Assembly: GCA_964016885.1 (NCBI GenBank) | Contig: OZ024742.1 | Span: 171,430,001-171,494,000 of the forward strand | Direction of reading: 5' to 3' | DNA: 64,000 bases | Origin: Eledone cirrhosa | Lineage: Eukaryota | Part shown: positions 41,191 through 57,796 of the stretch, in pieces | Position numbering within the stretch: position 1 is the stretch's first letter | Layout: every line of letters begins with the position of its first letter | The notes under the pieces: generated by a model | What the model saw: only the letters and a program-made list of their open reading frames with translations | Told to the model about the DNA's origin: nothing | Database searches by the model: none | Translations under genes and position numbers: made by a program

Positions 41191-41607
41191 CACTACTGAG
41201 AGTACAAACCCGTACCCCTGGAAAAACTATCACTGTCTCGCATGATTAACACTTATCTCCTGGCCACTTGGCCACGCGTTATTCCTAACATACTACTGTT
41301 GTTTTTTCTTTAAAAAAAGGATGGATACAATGCAATCCTAGATACAAAATAACTGTAACATTTACAATAATTATTATTCTGGTTTTATAGTCAATGATTT
41401 AAATTATATTTTTGCTTCGGTTGATACTATTTTACCTTTACTTCGTTATCATTTTTTAAATTATTCAGTACGAATTACTATGTTGCTGCTAGATAGACGA
41501 GTCTTTGAATGCAGAGAATTTGTGACAGTTACAAAGAAATAAAGTATTCTCATTCTGCTATGTATCGGGTCTAGAATTGGAATTGATGAGTTAATATCTG
41601 TATACAA

Positions 41608-41790
41608 CAACTACAACGGTACGCGATGGGGCCCACCCACAGCCCCGGCGGACAGAATGGAGAAGGCGTTTCCCCGGAGGACGGCAAGGGAGATGCGCTG
41701 GAAAAGCCACTCCAACTCGCGGGGCTCACACCTACGGCTGGCCAGCTCAGCGCCTATGGATGTGAGTAAGGAGGTAGCCCTGGGGACAAT
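41608..41790 (-). mobile_element. CRE-clade non-LTR retrotransposon 3' fragment
   Basis: EPRELEWLFQRISLAVLRGNAFSIL matches the C-terminal motif of CRE restriction-like endonuclease domains. Confidence 0.7.
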
Positions 41791-43302
41791 GAAACTATTG
41801 AAATTATTAGAATAATAAGGAGGAAGAGAGAAAATGGTAGAGGAAGAAACAATTTTGTAATGAAAAATGTGGAAGGGGGCAAGGAATGTACACACTTGGC
41901 TGGACGGTATAATCTATATAAAACCCTATCTTTTATAACTATTATCTATTCGCATGTGCCGATTGATGTATGATGGAGTCATCATTCTGCAGCGAGTGGG
42001 AAGACCTGTCCTGGAGTGATGTCATGTCATATCAAAGTTTCTTTGACAAAGTTTCTTCGACACACTACTTCCTATGTCAGACAGCCGCCTTATGGTCAGA
42101 CCTTCCTGAGTTATATCTATGATGAACTAGTAGGTTGGTATTTTAGTCAGGTATCCTAACTATCGTCTTTCTAGGTTCGCCTCTGGTCTTGTGTGGTCAG
42201 AGATCCCCTGTCATACACACGATCAGCTGATCTCTGGTCTCCTCACTATGTCTACTAAGCTTAGTCGCTGTCCTTACAGACAGAAAACCCGGTGTTAAAT
42301 ATACGATGGGCTATCAGTTTGGCTGGCTGGTTAGCTGGTTGGTATTACCGTGACCTGTTCTAACCATCAAACTCGTAGGCCGGTTTGTGGTATCTTGTGG
42401 CCAGACAACATTGTGTCATATACACGGATGGTTGGCTGGTAGGATGGTTGTTTCGCTTTAACATGACGTATCCAACTGATTACTGTCTTTGCTGTTGTAT
42501 CTAACAAAGATTTTTCTCCTCACTATTTACATGATTCCGTTTTTTACTGATAGTATCTATGGTTTGTATTAGCTTCAGTTTCCAGTTTCATGTGAAAATG
42601 CTAAAATATATGTAGTATTCCCTAAGCTCAAGGATTATGGTTACCGGGGCCATGTTTGGAGGGTCTCCACGTCAAGGAACTCTTTGTAATATTATCATTT
42701 TGTCATTCTAGTACATTTGTTCCACAGAAATTGTTTTCACTGGATTGTCGAATGTTTGAAATAGTTATTCTGAATGTATACACGCTACGTATACCTTGTT
42801 GCGTACATCACTTCATCTATATTTGCCCTTCGCCATCCTACTTCATCAATCATTCTTAGTCAATTATTTCTCGTACATTCTACCGAGACATTAACTTCGA
42901 ACATCAAATATACACATATACACAAATACACCAGGATAAGGATTATAACACAAATGATAGAGAGGAATGGAAACTAAGAATATATACACTGTCAGATTTA
43001 TAGCTGATGGATTGACAAATAGATGTGTGAATACAAATTATGCATATATATGTATGCACATATCTATATATCTATATGTATATATGTATATATCTATATG
43101 TGTGTGTGTGTACGTGTGTGTGTGCGTGTGTGTGTGCGTGTGTGTGTGTGAGTGCGTGTGTGTATGTGTATATGTATGTATATATATATATATACATACA
43201 TACATGTATGGATTGATGTTGGCATAGAATAAATAATGTTTAGACACATAGCTACGTTGGTATATATGTGGATGGATAAAACATAATGATGTAAATATGT
43301 AG

Positions 43303-43553
<251 letters not shown>

Positions 43554-43676
43554 GATGCAACGAATACGGATACATAAAAATATTGCATCAAGTATATATA
43601 CATATATATATATATATTACATATATATATGTATATACACACATATATATATAGATATACATATTATATATATATA

Positions 43677-43799
<123 letters not shown>

Positions 43800-43843
43800 T
43801 TGTGTATGTATATATGATACGTGTGTATTGATATATATGTGTA

Positions 43844-43950
<107 letters not shown>

Positions 43951-44079
43951 ATACACACGTATCAGTAGTCAGTAAGTCATCAATCTAGCAATCGTCTGAC
44001 AGATATCCAGTTATGTAAAACTACAAAACTTGAAATGCCAATGAAATAAATAAATATAAAAATATTAGAACCACAACCA

Positions 44080-44300
44080 CCGACATACTCTACGCACATA
44101 GAGACAATATATATACATTTCGTCTGCACAGAAGAAAATCTCAGTACATAGAGACAATATATATATATATATATATAAGTATATCGTCTGCACAGAACAT
44201 ACTTTACACACATAGAGACAATATATATATCGTATGAACAGAACATACCCTACGAACATAAAGACACTACTATATAGATATCATCTGCAAAGTAACATTG
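44080..44300. repeat. ~45-60-bp degenerate tandem repeat (cgtctgcacagaa...catagagacaatatata)
   Basis: Four to five visible units. Confidence 0.7.
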
Positions 44301-44644
44301 TCAGCAGACGATACATTTGCTTATTCATCGTACTAAAGTTTTTCACGATGGTATTATAACAAATTTTGATTCATATATTCTTCTCTCTGATATTGTTGCT
44401 AGTTTCCATTGTCAATTGTCTCGAGAATAAAATGAAACGTCAGCAAACATATTCATGTACGTACGTATGTATGTATGTATGTATGTATGTATGTATGTAT
44501 GTATGTATGTATGTATGTATGTATGTATGTATGTATGTATGTATGTATGTATGTATGTATGTATGTATGTATGCATGTATGCGTGTATGCATGTATGTAT
44601 GCATGTAGGTATGTATGTCTAGACATACACACGTATATATACAC

Positions 44645-44696
<52 letters not shown>

Positions 44697-44814
44697 TAAC
44701 TCTCAATAATTCAATAATCTCATAAACACTAGCTCTACAAATGTTACAGAGTGCTCTGTTCAGGTAAGATCGGCTGTTACCATTAGCTTAAAACCACTGA
44801 TCCGGTGTATCAGT

Positions 44815-44853
<39 letters not shown>

Positions 44854-44866
44854 GCGCATAAACGTT

Positions 44867-44975
<109 letters not shown>

Positions 44976-45659
44976 TCCTACACATTTATGTGCTTTCCTC
45001 TGACACCTTATGCAGCAACTACACAGCCCCTGTTTCTTCTTATGTATGTATATATATATGGTTCAGACGGTATGGAGTTTGTGAGCTGGCAACGAGGGAA
45101 TCACTTCATTGTCTGTCCATCTTTCTCTCGCTTACATACATTCTTACACATCGTAGTGACCCCAACAATTGGGAGTGCGGCATGTTCTTTATACACAAAC
45201 TTTTTCTTTCAAATTTGTTTACAGCTGGATAAATATATTTTTAAAATCGTCTTCATCAAGGTAGCTTTAGTTCACAAAATAATGTCTCGTGGCTTCTCCT
45301 AGAACCGTAGAGCAAATATTTATTAAAATAACAGATTAACGTTTAAGCAAAGCATCGCTGCTTTCACCCTTAACGGGATCTTCTGAAACTAACAAAGTCA
45401 ATCTCTGAACGCAGAAGTGAATATTTCAAAAAAACGTTGCAACCGGAGGAAGACAGGAAGACGATACTTTGGTTCGTGGAAACGTTCCCGTTAAGGGTGA
45501 AAGCAGCGATTCTTTGCTTAAACTTTAATCTCTTATTTTAATAAATAAATATATATATATATATATATAAAGAGTGAAAGAGGAGCATTGTGTCTGAATG
45601 TCTTTGGGTGTGTATGAGTGTGTGTACATGTGTGTGAGACAGATAGATAGATAGATAGT

Positions 45660-45718
<59 letters not shown>

Positions 45719-46358
45719 GGAGAGGGAGAGAGAGAGAGAGGGAGAGAGAGAGAGAGAGAGAGAGGACATAGTGATGAGAGATTAGAAAGAGGGGTTATAA
45801 ATATAAGCGAAAGCAGAGAGCATTCTTCGTCGAGGACATTAACATTGACATCAACACGTCTCCACACTCTAACAGTTTTCTCTGAATGATATAATGATTT
45901 CATAGGCAGGCTTAGAGCATTCGGCAGTTTAAGAATTAAGTAAATTGTCCAGTAAAGTACCATTGAAGTAATATTTCGGTAAGTGGTCCATATGTTATGT
46001 AATTAACATAGCTAAAGTTACGATGATAGAACGAGAAAGCCACAACTAGTTTTTAAGCTTGATTCGTCACGTTTGAAATTTGTTTCCGGAGCCAATTTTG
46101 ACACAGATTGCATTTAAGTGAAGCATGGCTACATTTACGTTAATTAAGGTTTAATTTAACCACTTACCGAGAGTCAATAGCAGGCTGTAATTCTAAGCTT
46201 ATTTAATATATGGTTATTAAACCATATATTATTAACCCATTCCCTCTTTTCCTCTGATTTCTCTCACTTTCTAGCAGTTCTTTATTTCTCATAGATAGAT
46301 TTCACACGTGCAGACACATACTAACTCACACATACAAGCCCACGCACACACATGGTAC

Positions 46359-46410
<52 letters not shown>

Positions 46411-46474
46411 GCACAAATATACACACATATATGTACATATATGTACATATATGTATGTATATTTGTATATATAT

Positions 46475-46509
<35 letters not shown>

Positions 46510-47079
46510 CAAACATATGTACACACACACACAAATACACATACACACACGCACACACACACACACCCATACACACACACACACGTATATATATATATAT
46601 ATATATAACGCACACATCTACACACAAGAAAAATACACATATGTACACGTACAACCAATGCAATGCATCGTTAGATATCATTTATCTCTACCATTAATGT
46701 TCGAAATTTATTCATGATATCAGCAAATTGTAAGATCTTTAAATGTAGGGGTTTTATCAATCAGTTGTCAAAAACATACTTAAATTCAAATTTTATGATG
46801 TAATAACTTTCCCTGGCGAATGCATCTCTCTTGTGAAATAAGACTTATTAGGTGGAAAGGCAGATAAAGCGAGTGACCCTGACATTTCACTGCGCCAATA
46901 ATTACGCTGTTTCGTTCTATGTAATGCTACTGAGATATACCACCGTTCTATGTAATGCTACTGAGATATACCACCCTGCCAAACGTTTAGAGTTTGCTCT
47001 GTCCCTTCGCATTCAATATTCTGCATTCGTTCATTATTTAATCGCCATTTTTCTTCTTTTCTCTTCTCCATTAATACAA

Positions 47080-47410
47080 TGTGCCTGGCTTAGTGGTTAG
47101 AGGATTGGGCTTACAGTTAAGAGGTTGTGAGTTTGATTCTCGGCCTGGGTGATGCGTTGCGTACTTGAGCAAGACACTTTATTTCACGTTGCTCCAGTTT
47201 AATCAGCTGTAGAAATGGGTTGCGACATCACTGGTGCCAGGCTGTATCGGTCATTGCCTTTCCCTTGGACAACTTCGGTGGTGTGGAGAGGGGAGACTGG
47301 TATGCAAGGGCGACTGCTGGGCTTCCGCAAAACAAACCTTTCCCAGGCTTGTGCCTCGGAGGGAAACTTTCTATGTACAAAACCATGGTCATTTGTGACC
47401 AAGTGGGCCT
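47080..47410 (+). mobile_element. SINE family 2 (degenerate copies near 9230-9345, 28950-29220, 33355-33600 and 50385-50660)
   Basis: tRNA-like head tggcttagtggttag...gagtttgattc followed by cttgagcaagacactttatttcac...ctccag. Confidence 0.7.
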
Positions 47411-47579
47411 CTGATCAATACAATTGTAAGACTTCTTCTTTGATCATCTCATATGATCTGATATAAAGCTGAGTCATTCTATCTAGTTAAGAATTTCGCT
47501 CTTCAACTGTATAGTTATAGTCCCAATCATACAGCATAAAACGTTAACATCTTCGTTTCCATATTTCTAAAGAAATACA

Positions 47580-47946
47580 CTTTATTTCAATTAATTAATT
47601 GTTTCTACTTTTGGCACAAGGACAGCAATTATCCCAGTGTATTACTGGTACATTATTTTATCGACCCCGTAAGGATGAAAGGCAAAGTTAACCTCGGTGG
47701 GATTTGGACTCAGACCATAAAGGGCCGTAACTCTTCGCTGCAAAGCATGGAGTCAGACCTTCTACCGACACTGCCAATCCACCACTCTCCACTCTATTTC
47801 AATTAATTAATTGTTTCTATTTTAGGCACAAGGCCAGCAATTACCCAGTACATTACTGGTACATTATTTTAGCGACCCCGTAAGGATGAAAGGCAAAGTT
47901 AACCTCGGCGGGATTTGAACTCAGATCATAAAGGGACGTAACTCTA
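47580..47946 (-). mobile_element. Two tandem SINE family 1 copies
   Basis: tatttcaattaattaattgtttcta plus SINE core repeated at ~47583 and ~47795. Confidence 0.85.
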
Positions 47947-48259
47947 ACGTCCTGTCAGTAGAAACCGTCTCTAATTGATACGACTGGATCGCCAAGCAAG
48001 ACCAAGTGAGTTGTTTTGACCTAATTAACTCAGCCGATTATCCATCAGCCTTTTCTCATGTGCACTATCAGAGTGACTAGTTATTAATAAGGTTGCAAGA
48101 TTTAATTTATTGACAGTCGTACATAATTTTCAAATACTTGCGTATTATTCCAAACAATTACCTCCATAGAAGGAAACGAGGTAATTTATTGGCGACTCAC
48201 TCCAAAACCATTCGAACATTCCCGCTAATTATTTAGGTAAATATTTAATTTATGTTTTC

Positions 48260-48575
48260 AACTGAGCTCTTTTATTATACTCACGTATAATAAAAGAGCT
48301 CAGTTTAGAAAGACAACAATATATAATGGACCCAATTTCATCAATACAATATCAAGACAATATAACATATATTTGGGTGAATCTCATTCTACAGCTTTAA
48401 CGAAGTCTTTAACATTCAATGGAGCAATTTGTATTGGTCTGGCAGGCAGGCAGTTTCCAGGTCAGCATGAATATCACAAGTCCTTTAACAGGATCAACCT
48501 AAGGTTTAGCTATTGCAGCGTGTTGAATACTACATCCCAGATGTCACAGCAAAATCTAAGGCAAATTCTGTCCCC
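48260..48575 (+). pseudogene. Old PLE ORF relic with 5' fold-back hairpin
   Basis: RQFPGQHEYHKSFNRINLRFSYCS resembles KHFPPIHRYYKIFNRNVVKISYSC of the intact ORF; ~22-bp-arm hairpin at 48260-48305. Confidence 0.6.
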
Positions 48576-49464
48576 TTTATGCGACAAAAACTAAAGTACA
48601 ACTATAGCTTTGCCATTACTGCCAACAAAGGGTCTTTCTTCTTCAACGAATTAAGCGGGATGCAAGGTGAGTATGTTCAGGAACAAATACACCATATATA
48701 CATTTATAATGGTCCAGGGAGAGAAACAATTCCCCGCCCCTAACTCTCACGAATATTCAATATTGTCCAAGAACAGTTTCAACCCCGTGTCTTTGGATAT
48801 AGTTCCAATGATTTCATAACAAAGTAGCTAATGGGAGGCAGCCTAGCCGTTAGCAACAAAATCAGTTGCTATCTTTACTTGACTTAAACATAGGAACAAT
48901 GCCCGTGGAAACGTGCCACACTTATGGCAGGAAGATTATATTTTCAAGGAGATATTCCAGCTCCTAACTAGGTCAAAGTACAGAGAAAGCAATTATACAA
49001 TAACGACGGGTGAAAACCGAGAGATAAAAGTACCTTTCAAATACGTTACGAAAAATTTTAAACCAAGCTGAAAATGTTTGAACTAAAAGCGATGGGTATC
49101 TAATTAACGAAGCAATAAGGCTAACTGAATGGTAATCGGAGTGACATTTGTATAGCATGAAGTTAACTAGGTTATAACATCAAACTCAATCTCAGATCCA
49201 AGAGAAGCATCGTATCCGTACAACTATCATTACAGCAAAACTAATACTTTGGTGATTAGATTCGCAGAAAACAGTTAAATCATCGAATCCAACTTGTTAT
49301 GAAGGGTTTATGGATCACTTTGATTAAATAATTAAACTATATTTTCTCTTACATCTGCATCGATCCATTCATTAGAAGATTTCATATTCTTTCCTACCCA
49401 GTCACCACCCTAATCAATATCTATAGCTATGGTTGGTGCGTGAGTATGTGTGTGTGTGTGTGTG

Positions 49465-49554
<90 letters not shown>

Positions 49555-49811
49555 CATGTGCGTGCCTGTGCGTGTGACTATGTGATCCAACGTTCCACTG
49601 ACATCTGATAGCTTCCGAGGAGGATCTCGTATGCCAGTTAGACAATAAATCACAATTAATGCGATTGTCCATCAAAGTGTGGCATGGCGCGGTAGGAGGA
49701 GTAAAGAAGAAATGATATGAGAATTGCAAGAATAGAGAAAGAAGCGAGATACTAAATACACACACATGCACATATACACGCGTTGACACATGCAAACAGA
49801 CCCCCCCCCCC

Positions 49812-49842
<31 letters not shown>

Positions 49843-50122
49843 TAAGCAAAGAATCGCTTAACGTGATCTTCTGAAACTAAAAAAAATCAATCTGTGAACG
49901 CAGAAGTAAATATTTCGAAAAACGTTGCAACCGAAGGAACTGTTTTTAGCTTTAGATGATCCCGTTAAGGGTGAAAGCAGCGATTCTTAGCTTAAACTTT
50001 AATCTGTTATTTTAATAAATATTTTAATAAATATTTGCTCTAGGGGTCTTATATATTTTATATATATTTATCCTTATCGAACTCTCTTTGGATTTTAGTC
50101 TTCAAATTTATTATTATTACTA

Positions 50123-50194
<72 letters not shown>

Positions 50195-50708
50195 AGCGAT
50201 AGACAGAGGAAGAGCTAAAGATATCTTTCTACAAATACAATTCATTGTGTACGGTTACAATTCTAGAAATAGTGTATTTCCTGCTTACAATAATAAAACA
50301 AAGAACCATACTCTAAAAGATACACACATAAACATATGAACATATGAACATATGAACATATGAAAATACACACCTGTTTACACGTGTTTTGGGGGATAGG
50401 ATCTTCTGGTTCAATCACATTGCACGGTATCTTGGGCATGTGTCATTTAACATAACCTCAGATCAACCGATGTCTTGTGAGAATTAGAATTAGAAGGCCG
50501 TCGAGTGGACAATACCTTTTAAATTCGAAGGGCCAGTCATGTCATTGACTGCATCACACTTATTATTCCACCTGAGATTATGTTAACGGTACACATGTCT
50601 GCGGAATGGTCGGTTACTTACATGTTAATTAGACGGGCAAGCTGTTTGGTTTAATGGAACATGTACAACGGTCATTGTAGTAACAACGGAGGTCCATCGA
50701 TACGATTA

Positions 50709-50800
50709 AACGTTAATACGTAGAACGTTAATACGTAGAACGTTAATACGTAGAACGTTAATAGGTAGAACGTTAATACGCAGAACGTTAATACGTAGAA
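50709..50800. repeat. 15-bp minisatellite (aacgttaatacgtag) x6
   Basis: Direct tandem units with no spacers. Confidence 0.9.
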
Positions 50801-50832
50801 TGATAGAAAAATTGGTGGATAGATATAAAGAT

Positions 50833-50914
<82 letters not shown>

Positions 50915-50965
50915 AAATATCATCGATTTTGTTTTCGGAGTGATATATAATGTGGTCGTGTGTAT

Positions 50966-51026
<61 letters not shown>

Positions 51027-51141
51027 GGAAAAGGTTTGACCCACTTTATTACCCACTCTACTACCCTAAGTATTGAGTACTCTGGCGCGTTATGGTCCAT
51101 CTGGTTCCTTACTACAATTCATTCGTTATATATATATATAC

Positions 51142-51413
51142 AGGGTCCCAAAAGTCAGCTCAAAAGTGACACAGAGGAGACTGAGGTTAGCTGGACATGC
51201 TCACCGACATCCAGAGTTGACATTGCACTCAGTGCTCCTTTGGGAGCCCCTACATGGACACACTAGAAGAGGAAGACCGAGGTTAACGTATGTTGATGGC
51301 CCTAAGGACAGACACTGGTCTGTTGGAGACGCAGGACATGGCAGCGATAATGAGGGACAGAGACCGCTGGAGAGAACTCGTCCATGGATCTCGGGAATTT
51401 TACCCGCCTTAGA
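51142..51413 (+). mobile_element. RTE-clade LINE 3' end, 5'-truncated, in (TA)n
   Basis: RRLRLAGH...LLWEP...RRGRPRLTYVD...DRDRWR, a typical RTE C-terminus, frameshifted. Confidence 0.8.
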
Positions 51414-52054
51414 ATATATATATATATATATATATGCTGTCTATGTATGTACATGTATAAATACACACATACACAAACACCCACCCACATACACACATAT
51501 GTGTGTATCTATATATCACTTGTTTATTTTTGTACATGTTTATATGTGATTGTATTTGTGTATATAAGCATGCATTTTCTAGAGAGTCCTACTCCGAGTT
51601 GGTTTATGTGTGTGTATCTCTCTACATGTAAGTAAGCGATCTACTTGTCTATTGGATACAATGAACACCTATCTGACACACCTGACACATGTCCTAATTC
51701 CTCATTTGAAAGGAAGAATGGATACTTTAAATTCTGATTATATATTTGATCATTGTCTAAATTAATGCTAGAAACGCTACGTTCACCCCAACCTACCCTA
51801 TATATACACACACACACCTGTGCACACAAACATATAAATATACACACATACAAAGGCATCACGCAAACATGCAAAGATATACATACATATATAAATATAT
51901 ATATATACACACACACACAAACACATGCACACACACACGCACACACATACACACACACACAAACACACAAACACACAGACACACACATATATATATATAT
52001 ACATACATGCCTCCTGCATTCACAAACATGTATCTTATATACATATATAAATAA

Positions 52055-52154
<100 letters not shown>

Positions 52155-52623
52155 CTATGCATGTACACAAAGAAAGAGCGTTGGGTAGATCTCATGTGAA
52201 GTATGTGATCATTACCTAAATTAATGGGAGTTAAAGTCGCCATTGTTCATTGTAAACGGAAGACGTCTCTAGCAATTTGCTTCATAATTACATCAATGGA
52301 ATACACATTCTGATTTGGGAATCAATGGAAAATTCACCACGACCAGCCAGTTAGCCATTTGTAATAGCGCTAATATATATTGGTGCAACGTTCCAGATCG
52401 ACCAAACGTATTCCATAGTTCTGTGATACCTAATTCCGGTTGCCTTTCATTGGATAATAGACCTGAAAAATCCTCTCTTTTCAAGTGTTCACATATCTAT
52501 TATATTGAAAGAACTGTACCGCACTGACAACACAGCGTTGAGGTTGAGTCAAATTATTCCTCACTCTTTCTCTTTCTTTCCCTATATATATATATATATA
52601 TATAGGGAAAGAAAAAGAAAGAG

Positions 52624-52680
<57 letters not shown>

Positions 52681-52685
52681 ACGTG

Positions 52686-52725
<40 letters not shown>

Positions 52726-54080
52726 ATACATACATTTATATACATATATAAATGCATATATATATAAATACATATATATACATATATATACATACACACA
52801 CACATATAAATATATATATATATATAAAGAGAGAGAGAGAAAGAGGAATAATTTGAATCAACGCTGTGTCGGTGCGATACAGTGATTCTGATATTCATTA
52901 TATATTCAATTTATACTGACTGGTTTTCTAGACAATTTCCTGGCATATTTTGTCAGCATCTGTGCTAAAAATAGAGGATGTATTGAAAAAGTGTTTACTT
53001 CTATGTAAGTAAATAATCAGAGAATTCTTTCCTCTCCAGAAAAGAATTACTTTGCGCTTAAAAAGACATCTTTCAAATATATTTTAAAAGACGAAACTAC
53101 TACACTTGTCCATGAAGAGACTGAAGTTCGTGCCCCAAAGTGACCTTGTACGTGTTTACATAAACAGGTACTTAGCATTACATAGGCGCCGATTACCTGA
53201 AGGACTGCGAATTGGGTTATTAGGGCGTCGAATTAAATGACTCGTTATTTAGTCTGGCCCACTCGCTGTGAGTTCAAATTCCACCGAATTCAATTGATCT
53301 CTTATGCTTTCGTGGTCGATAGATAAAATACCAACCCACAGGCGTTGAATAGGCAGAATTGTTGAAGAGTTGAACGAGAGATTTTGTAATATCTGATACT
53401 GCTTGGTCTTCCATGACTTCAAATCTGACCGAGTTTACTTTGGCATTCGTCCATCATGAGCCAACAGAATACCAGTGGCGATTGGTTGGCCGAATTGTTA
53501 AAGAGTTGTACGGGATATTTTGTGGTAACTGTTCAGGATCTGTGCTTGCTAAGTTCTTTCTGGCAGGAGTTGTGATTGGCAGATTGTATCAGAAGTCGAA
53601 GGACAAAATAAATGAAACATTGTTTCCTTGGTCAGATCTAACGAATGGCGTTTTTCCTTAAACTAACTGGTACCTGTTGAGTTGAATGTTGTTGTTATTG
53701 TTATTTTAGTGACTTTGATATTACTGTTGTTGTATTATTTGTTAAGGTTGTTGTTGTTTAGCGCCAGAATTTTAATTTAGTGAAACCTTAATTGATATTA
53801 ATAATGATACTAAGGGTGGAGGATTTGGCAGACTTGATGGAGCATCAGACGAATTACAAAATATATCTGCAGGAGTGGGATGTAGAGTGGAATAAGACAA
53901 ATAAACATAGGAGAGTGGAAATTAGAGTGGAGTAAAATAAATATAAATACAAGAGTAAAAATTAGAGTAGATTTAGTAATATTTTAAAATGATACCTTAT
54001 ATTGCATGATATTTCGAAAATTAAACTCTCTTCCGAAGAAAAAAAAAAAAAGGAAATAGCTGGAATTGTTGGCAACGAAG

Positions 54081-54137
<57 letters not shown>

Positions 54138-55153
54138 GCTTAGTATTTAGGTTGTGACACTCACGATCCTAAATTCATAAATTCATAGGCTTGATTACTG
54201 CACCCAGTCGGTTTTTTATTTCTCGCTGCTTTTCATCATAGGACTAGGGTACCCTGCATCAAAACACCTAACGAACATCTTATTATATGCAAAGTTATAG
54301 GATGCTAGTTGATCAAACAAAGAAAGAAGCTGAAAATTAATTTCTTTTTCATTTCATTTGGAGGTTATGACCAGATTTACAAAAAAATTAAAATAGATTA
54401 TGGTAATGGCGATGGCTGGTACTCTAATGCGATAGTGGTATATATGTTAATGACTAATTTCACTGTGATAATTGTAGTAACTTTGACAAATGCTAGGATC
54501 ACATGAGCATCTATAAATGCTTTCCCATTGATATTAAGTGAGTTTTATTTTATTTTTGCTATTACTATTTCTGCTTTCCTTAATTATTCAGCCATTTGTA
54601 ATTAGCGGTTTTGAGATAATTATGGTGAGGTTTAAAGTACAAAACGTAAAGTAGCTGCGAGTCTTTACAAATAAATATAAGTGCTAAATCATGAAATCGT
54701 ATTGAAACATGATTGAGAGGCGTGGTGGACTTGGTAATATGTGGTTGGTGTTGCTGTTGTTGTTGTTGTATAAGTTCGGACCAGCCCTAAACGAGCAATT
54801 CTAGAATGAAATATATTCTAGCTGCGATCCAAATATCTTTTCTTTTTAAACTGTAGTTGGAAATATAGCATCTAGTGTGTTGTTCATCTCAAAGGTAGTT
54901 TAGTTAACGTTTTAACTGCTAAAGATATATCCGAGTACCCTACAGATATGAAATATATATATATTAGTTCTAACCTGGAAAAGGTGGAAACTATACCGAT
55001 GCCTGCCACAAGGTGTGTATCTGATAGAGGAAGCGCATTATTTGAAATATTATCATAGTTTAAGAAATTCGGACATCACAATTATTCTCTTTTAGTAATT
55101 CTAAAAACAACACATCTCACTATTTCTCTGTGTCCCCCTATCTCTCTCCCCTC

Positions 55154-55244
<91 letters not shown>

Positions 55245-55316
55245 ATGTATATATATATACATACATAAATTGTGTGTGTGTGTGTCTTTGTATACAAGTA
55301 TATATGCATATTCTCT

Positions 55317-55365
<49 letters not shown>

Positions 55366-55371
<6 letters not shown>

Positions 55372-55880
55372 ATACTTTGGGAGGGTCATGTTGCCAACAA
55401 GAAACACACGCACCAGTTGCTTTCACTTCAATTTATTATAATAAATTTATAAATTTAGGAATTTATAAATTTCCGGCTGGTTGGTTAGTTCCACAACCAG
55501 ATGGTTGTTTATATATTGTCAAAGTTCTTTCGTCACATATTCTGTAACCTCTTCAGTGACTGGAGATTGTTTTCTTTGTTTTTTGTGCCTCTCCTTTGTT
55601 CTCTCCTACGCAATCTTGTTTTTATGTGTGTGTTGTGTGCTTAGTTTGCGCTTGTGTTACATCCGGGTGTCTGTGTGTGTTTATATTCGTTTATTTATTT
55701 GTTTATTTACATGTTACTGGTTGGTTGTTTGTTCTATGTGCGTGTGTGTTTTCATTTTGCCCTTAATTGTAAGTTGTGATGTTGCTGTTCCACTCATGTT
55801 TTCTATTTAATTTTGGTTGGAGTTCATTTATGTTTATTGCCTCTGTAATTTGTCTAAACATTGCGTTGACTTCCGGAATG
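55366..55880 (-). mobile_element. Degenerate PLE 3' end (family L) with hammerhead 55518-55560
   Basis: Minus strand encodes MFRQITEAIN...QPKLNRKHEWN; gtca-CTGAAGA-ggttaca gaata tgtgac-GAAA-gaac-TT-tgac; the terminus is homologous to 60710-60800. Confidence 0.7.
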
Positions 55881-56537
55881 TAATACGATGTCATCTCTCA
55901 CAACAAAAACAACCTACTCTATAGAATCGAATTAAAGAACGACAAGCTGTGATGTTCTAGCATGGTTCACCAGGCACTCACTGTTGAATCATCGTGGATT
56001 GTGAGATGGACATGTAGTCTATAAATTGCGTTTTCTGGATTGTGAGAGTGGTGGTGTGTACGAGGACAGTGGTGCTGTTTTGCTTCTCATTTGTAATATT
56101 TTTGATATTTTTGGTGTTTCTCCACACACGGGCTTCTATATCGTACAGGTGTGTGTGAATAATGCTTTACAATTACAGCCCCCATGATACTCTTGATTGC
56201 CTGCTTTGACTGCTTGTTTTACTTGTAACAATCTGCCGCACTAAAATCTTGTATAATTAGGACACGCGTGCATGCCACACGTGTGACTGTTGCATACACT
56301 GGCTACTCCAAACTTTCCTCTTGCTTTATCTTAGTAGACTGCCAATGTTTTATTTTAATTTTAATTTTAATTTTAACTTTAATTTTGTCCTTTAATATGA
56401 CTGTAATCTTTGTATGTAAATTACCATGCTTTATTATTATAATGGATGTCAACCCACTGTGGGTCAATATATACATATGTTTCTGTATGTCTCTTGTGTT
56501 GAAAAGGAGGTCAAGTATGTTAAAAATCACTGAATAA

Positions 56538-56586
56538 TTGCTCCGAAGACTCCAAACCTCAGTTTGGAAGAAACAATTGTAACCAA
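56538..56586 (+). ncRNA. Degenerate hammerhead (CCGAAGA core)
   Basis: CCGAAGA-ctccaaac ctca gtttggaa-GAAA-CAATTG-TA-accaa. Confidence 0.5.
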
Positions 56587-56617
56587 ATAAATGATTTAAA
56601 CAGAACTTTGTTTCATG

Positions 56618-57280
<663 letters not shown>

Positions 57281-57481
57281 TATATATATATAGTTATACG
57301 TGTTTTGACGTGTGTACGTGTTGGCGTCTGTGTGCACATAGGCGTGTGTTCTCCCATATATTTAGTAATAAATCATTTAAATTATAATGTTACCATAATT
57401 GAATTGTCTTGTGATAGATTGTCTGTATGGACTGCGTGGGCACAGGTCTACGCATGTAATAATATATACACACACACACAG

Positions 57482-57544
<63 letters not shown>

Positions 57545-57593
57545 CACACACACACATATATATATAATATAGAGATAGATATATATAATATAT

Positions 57594-57637
<44 letters not shown>

Positions 57638-57697
57638 AATATAAATATGCATATAATATATATATATATACATATACATATATATACATATATATAT

Positions 57698-57796
<99 letters not shown>

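Noticed and set aside
48580-48635. RQKLKYNYSFAITANKG resembling a Pif1/Helitron helicase motif
   Set aside because: Too short and divergent, with no other helicase motifs nearby.
50709-50800. CRISPR-like regular repeat
   Set aside because: 15-bp tandem units with no unique spacers, in a eukaryotic context with no cas genes.
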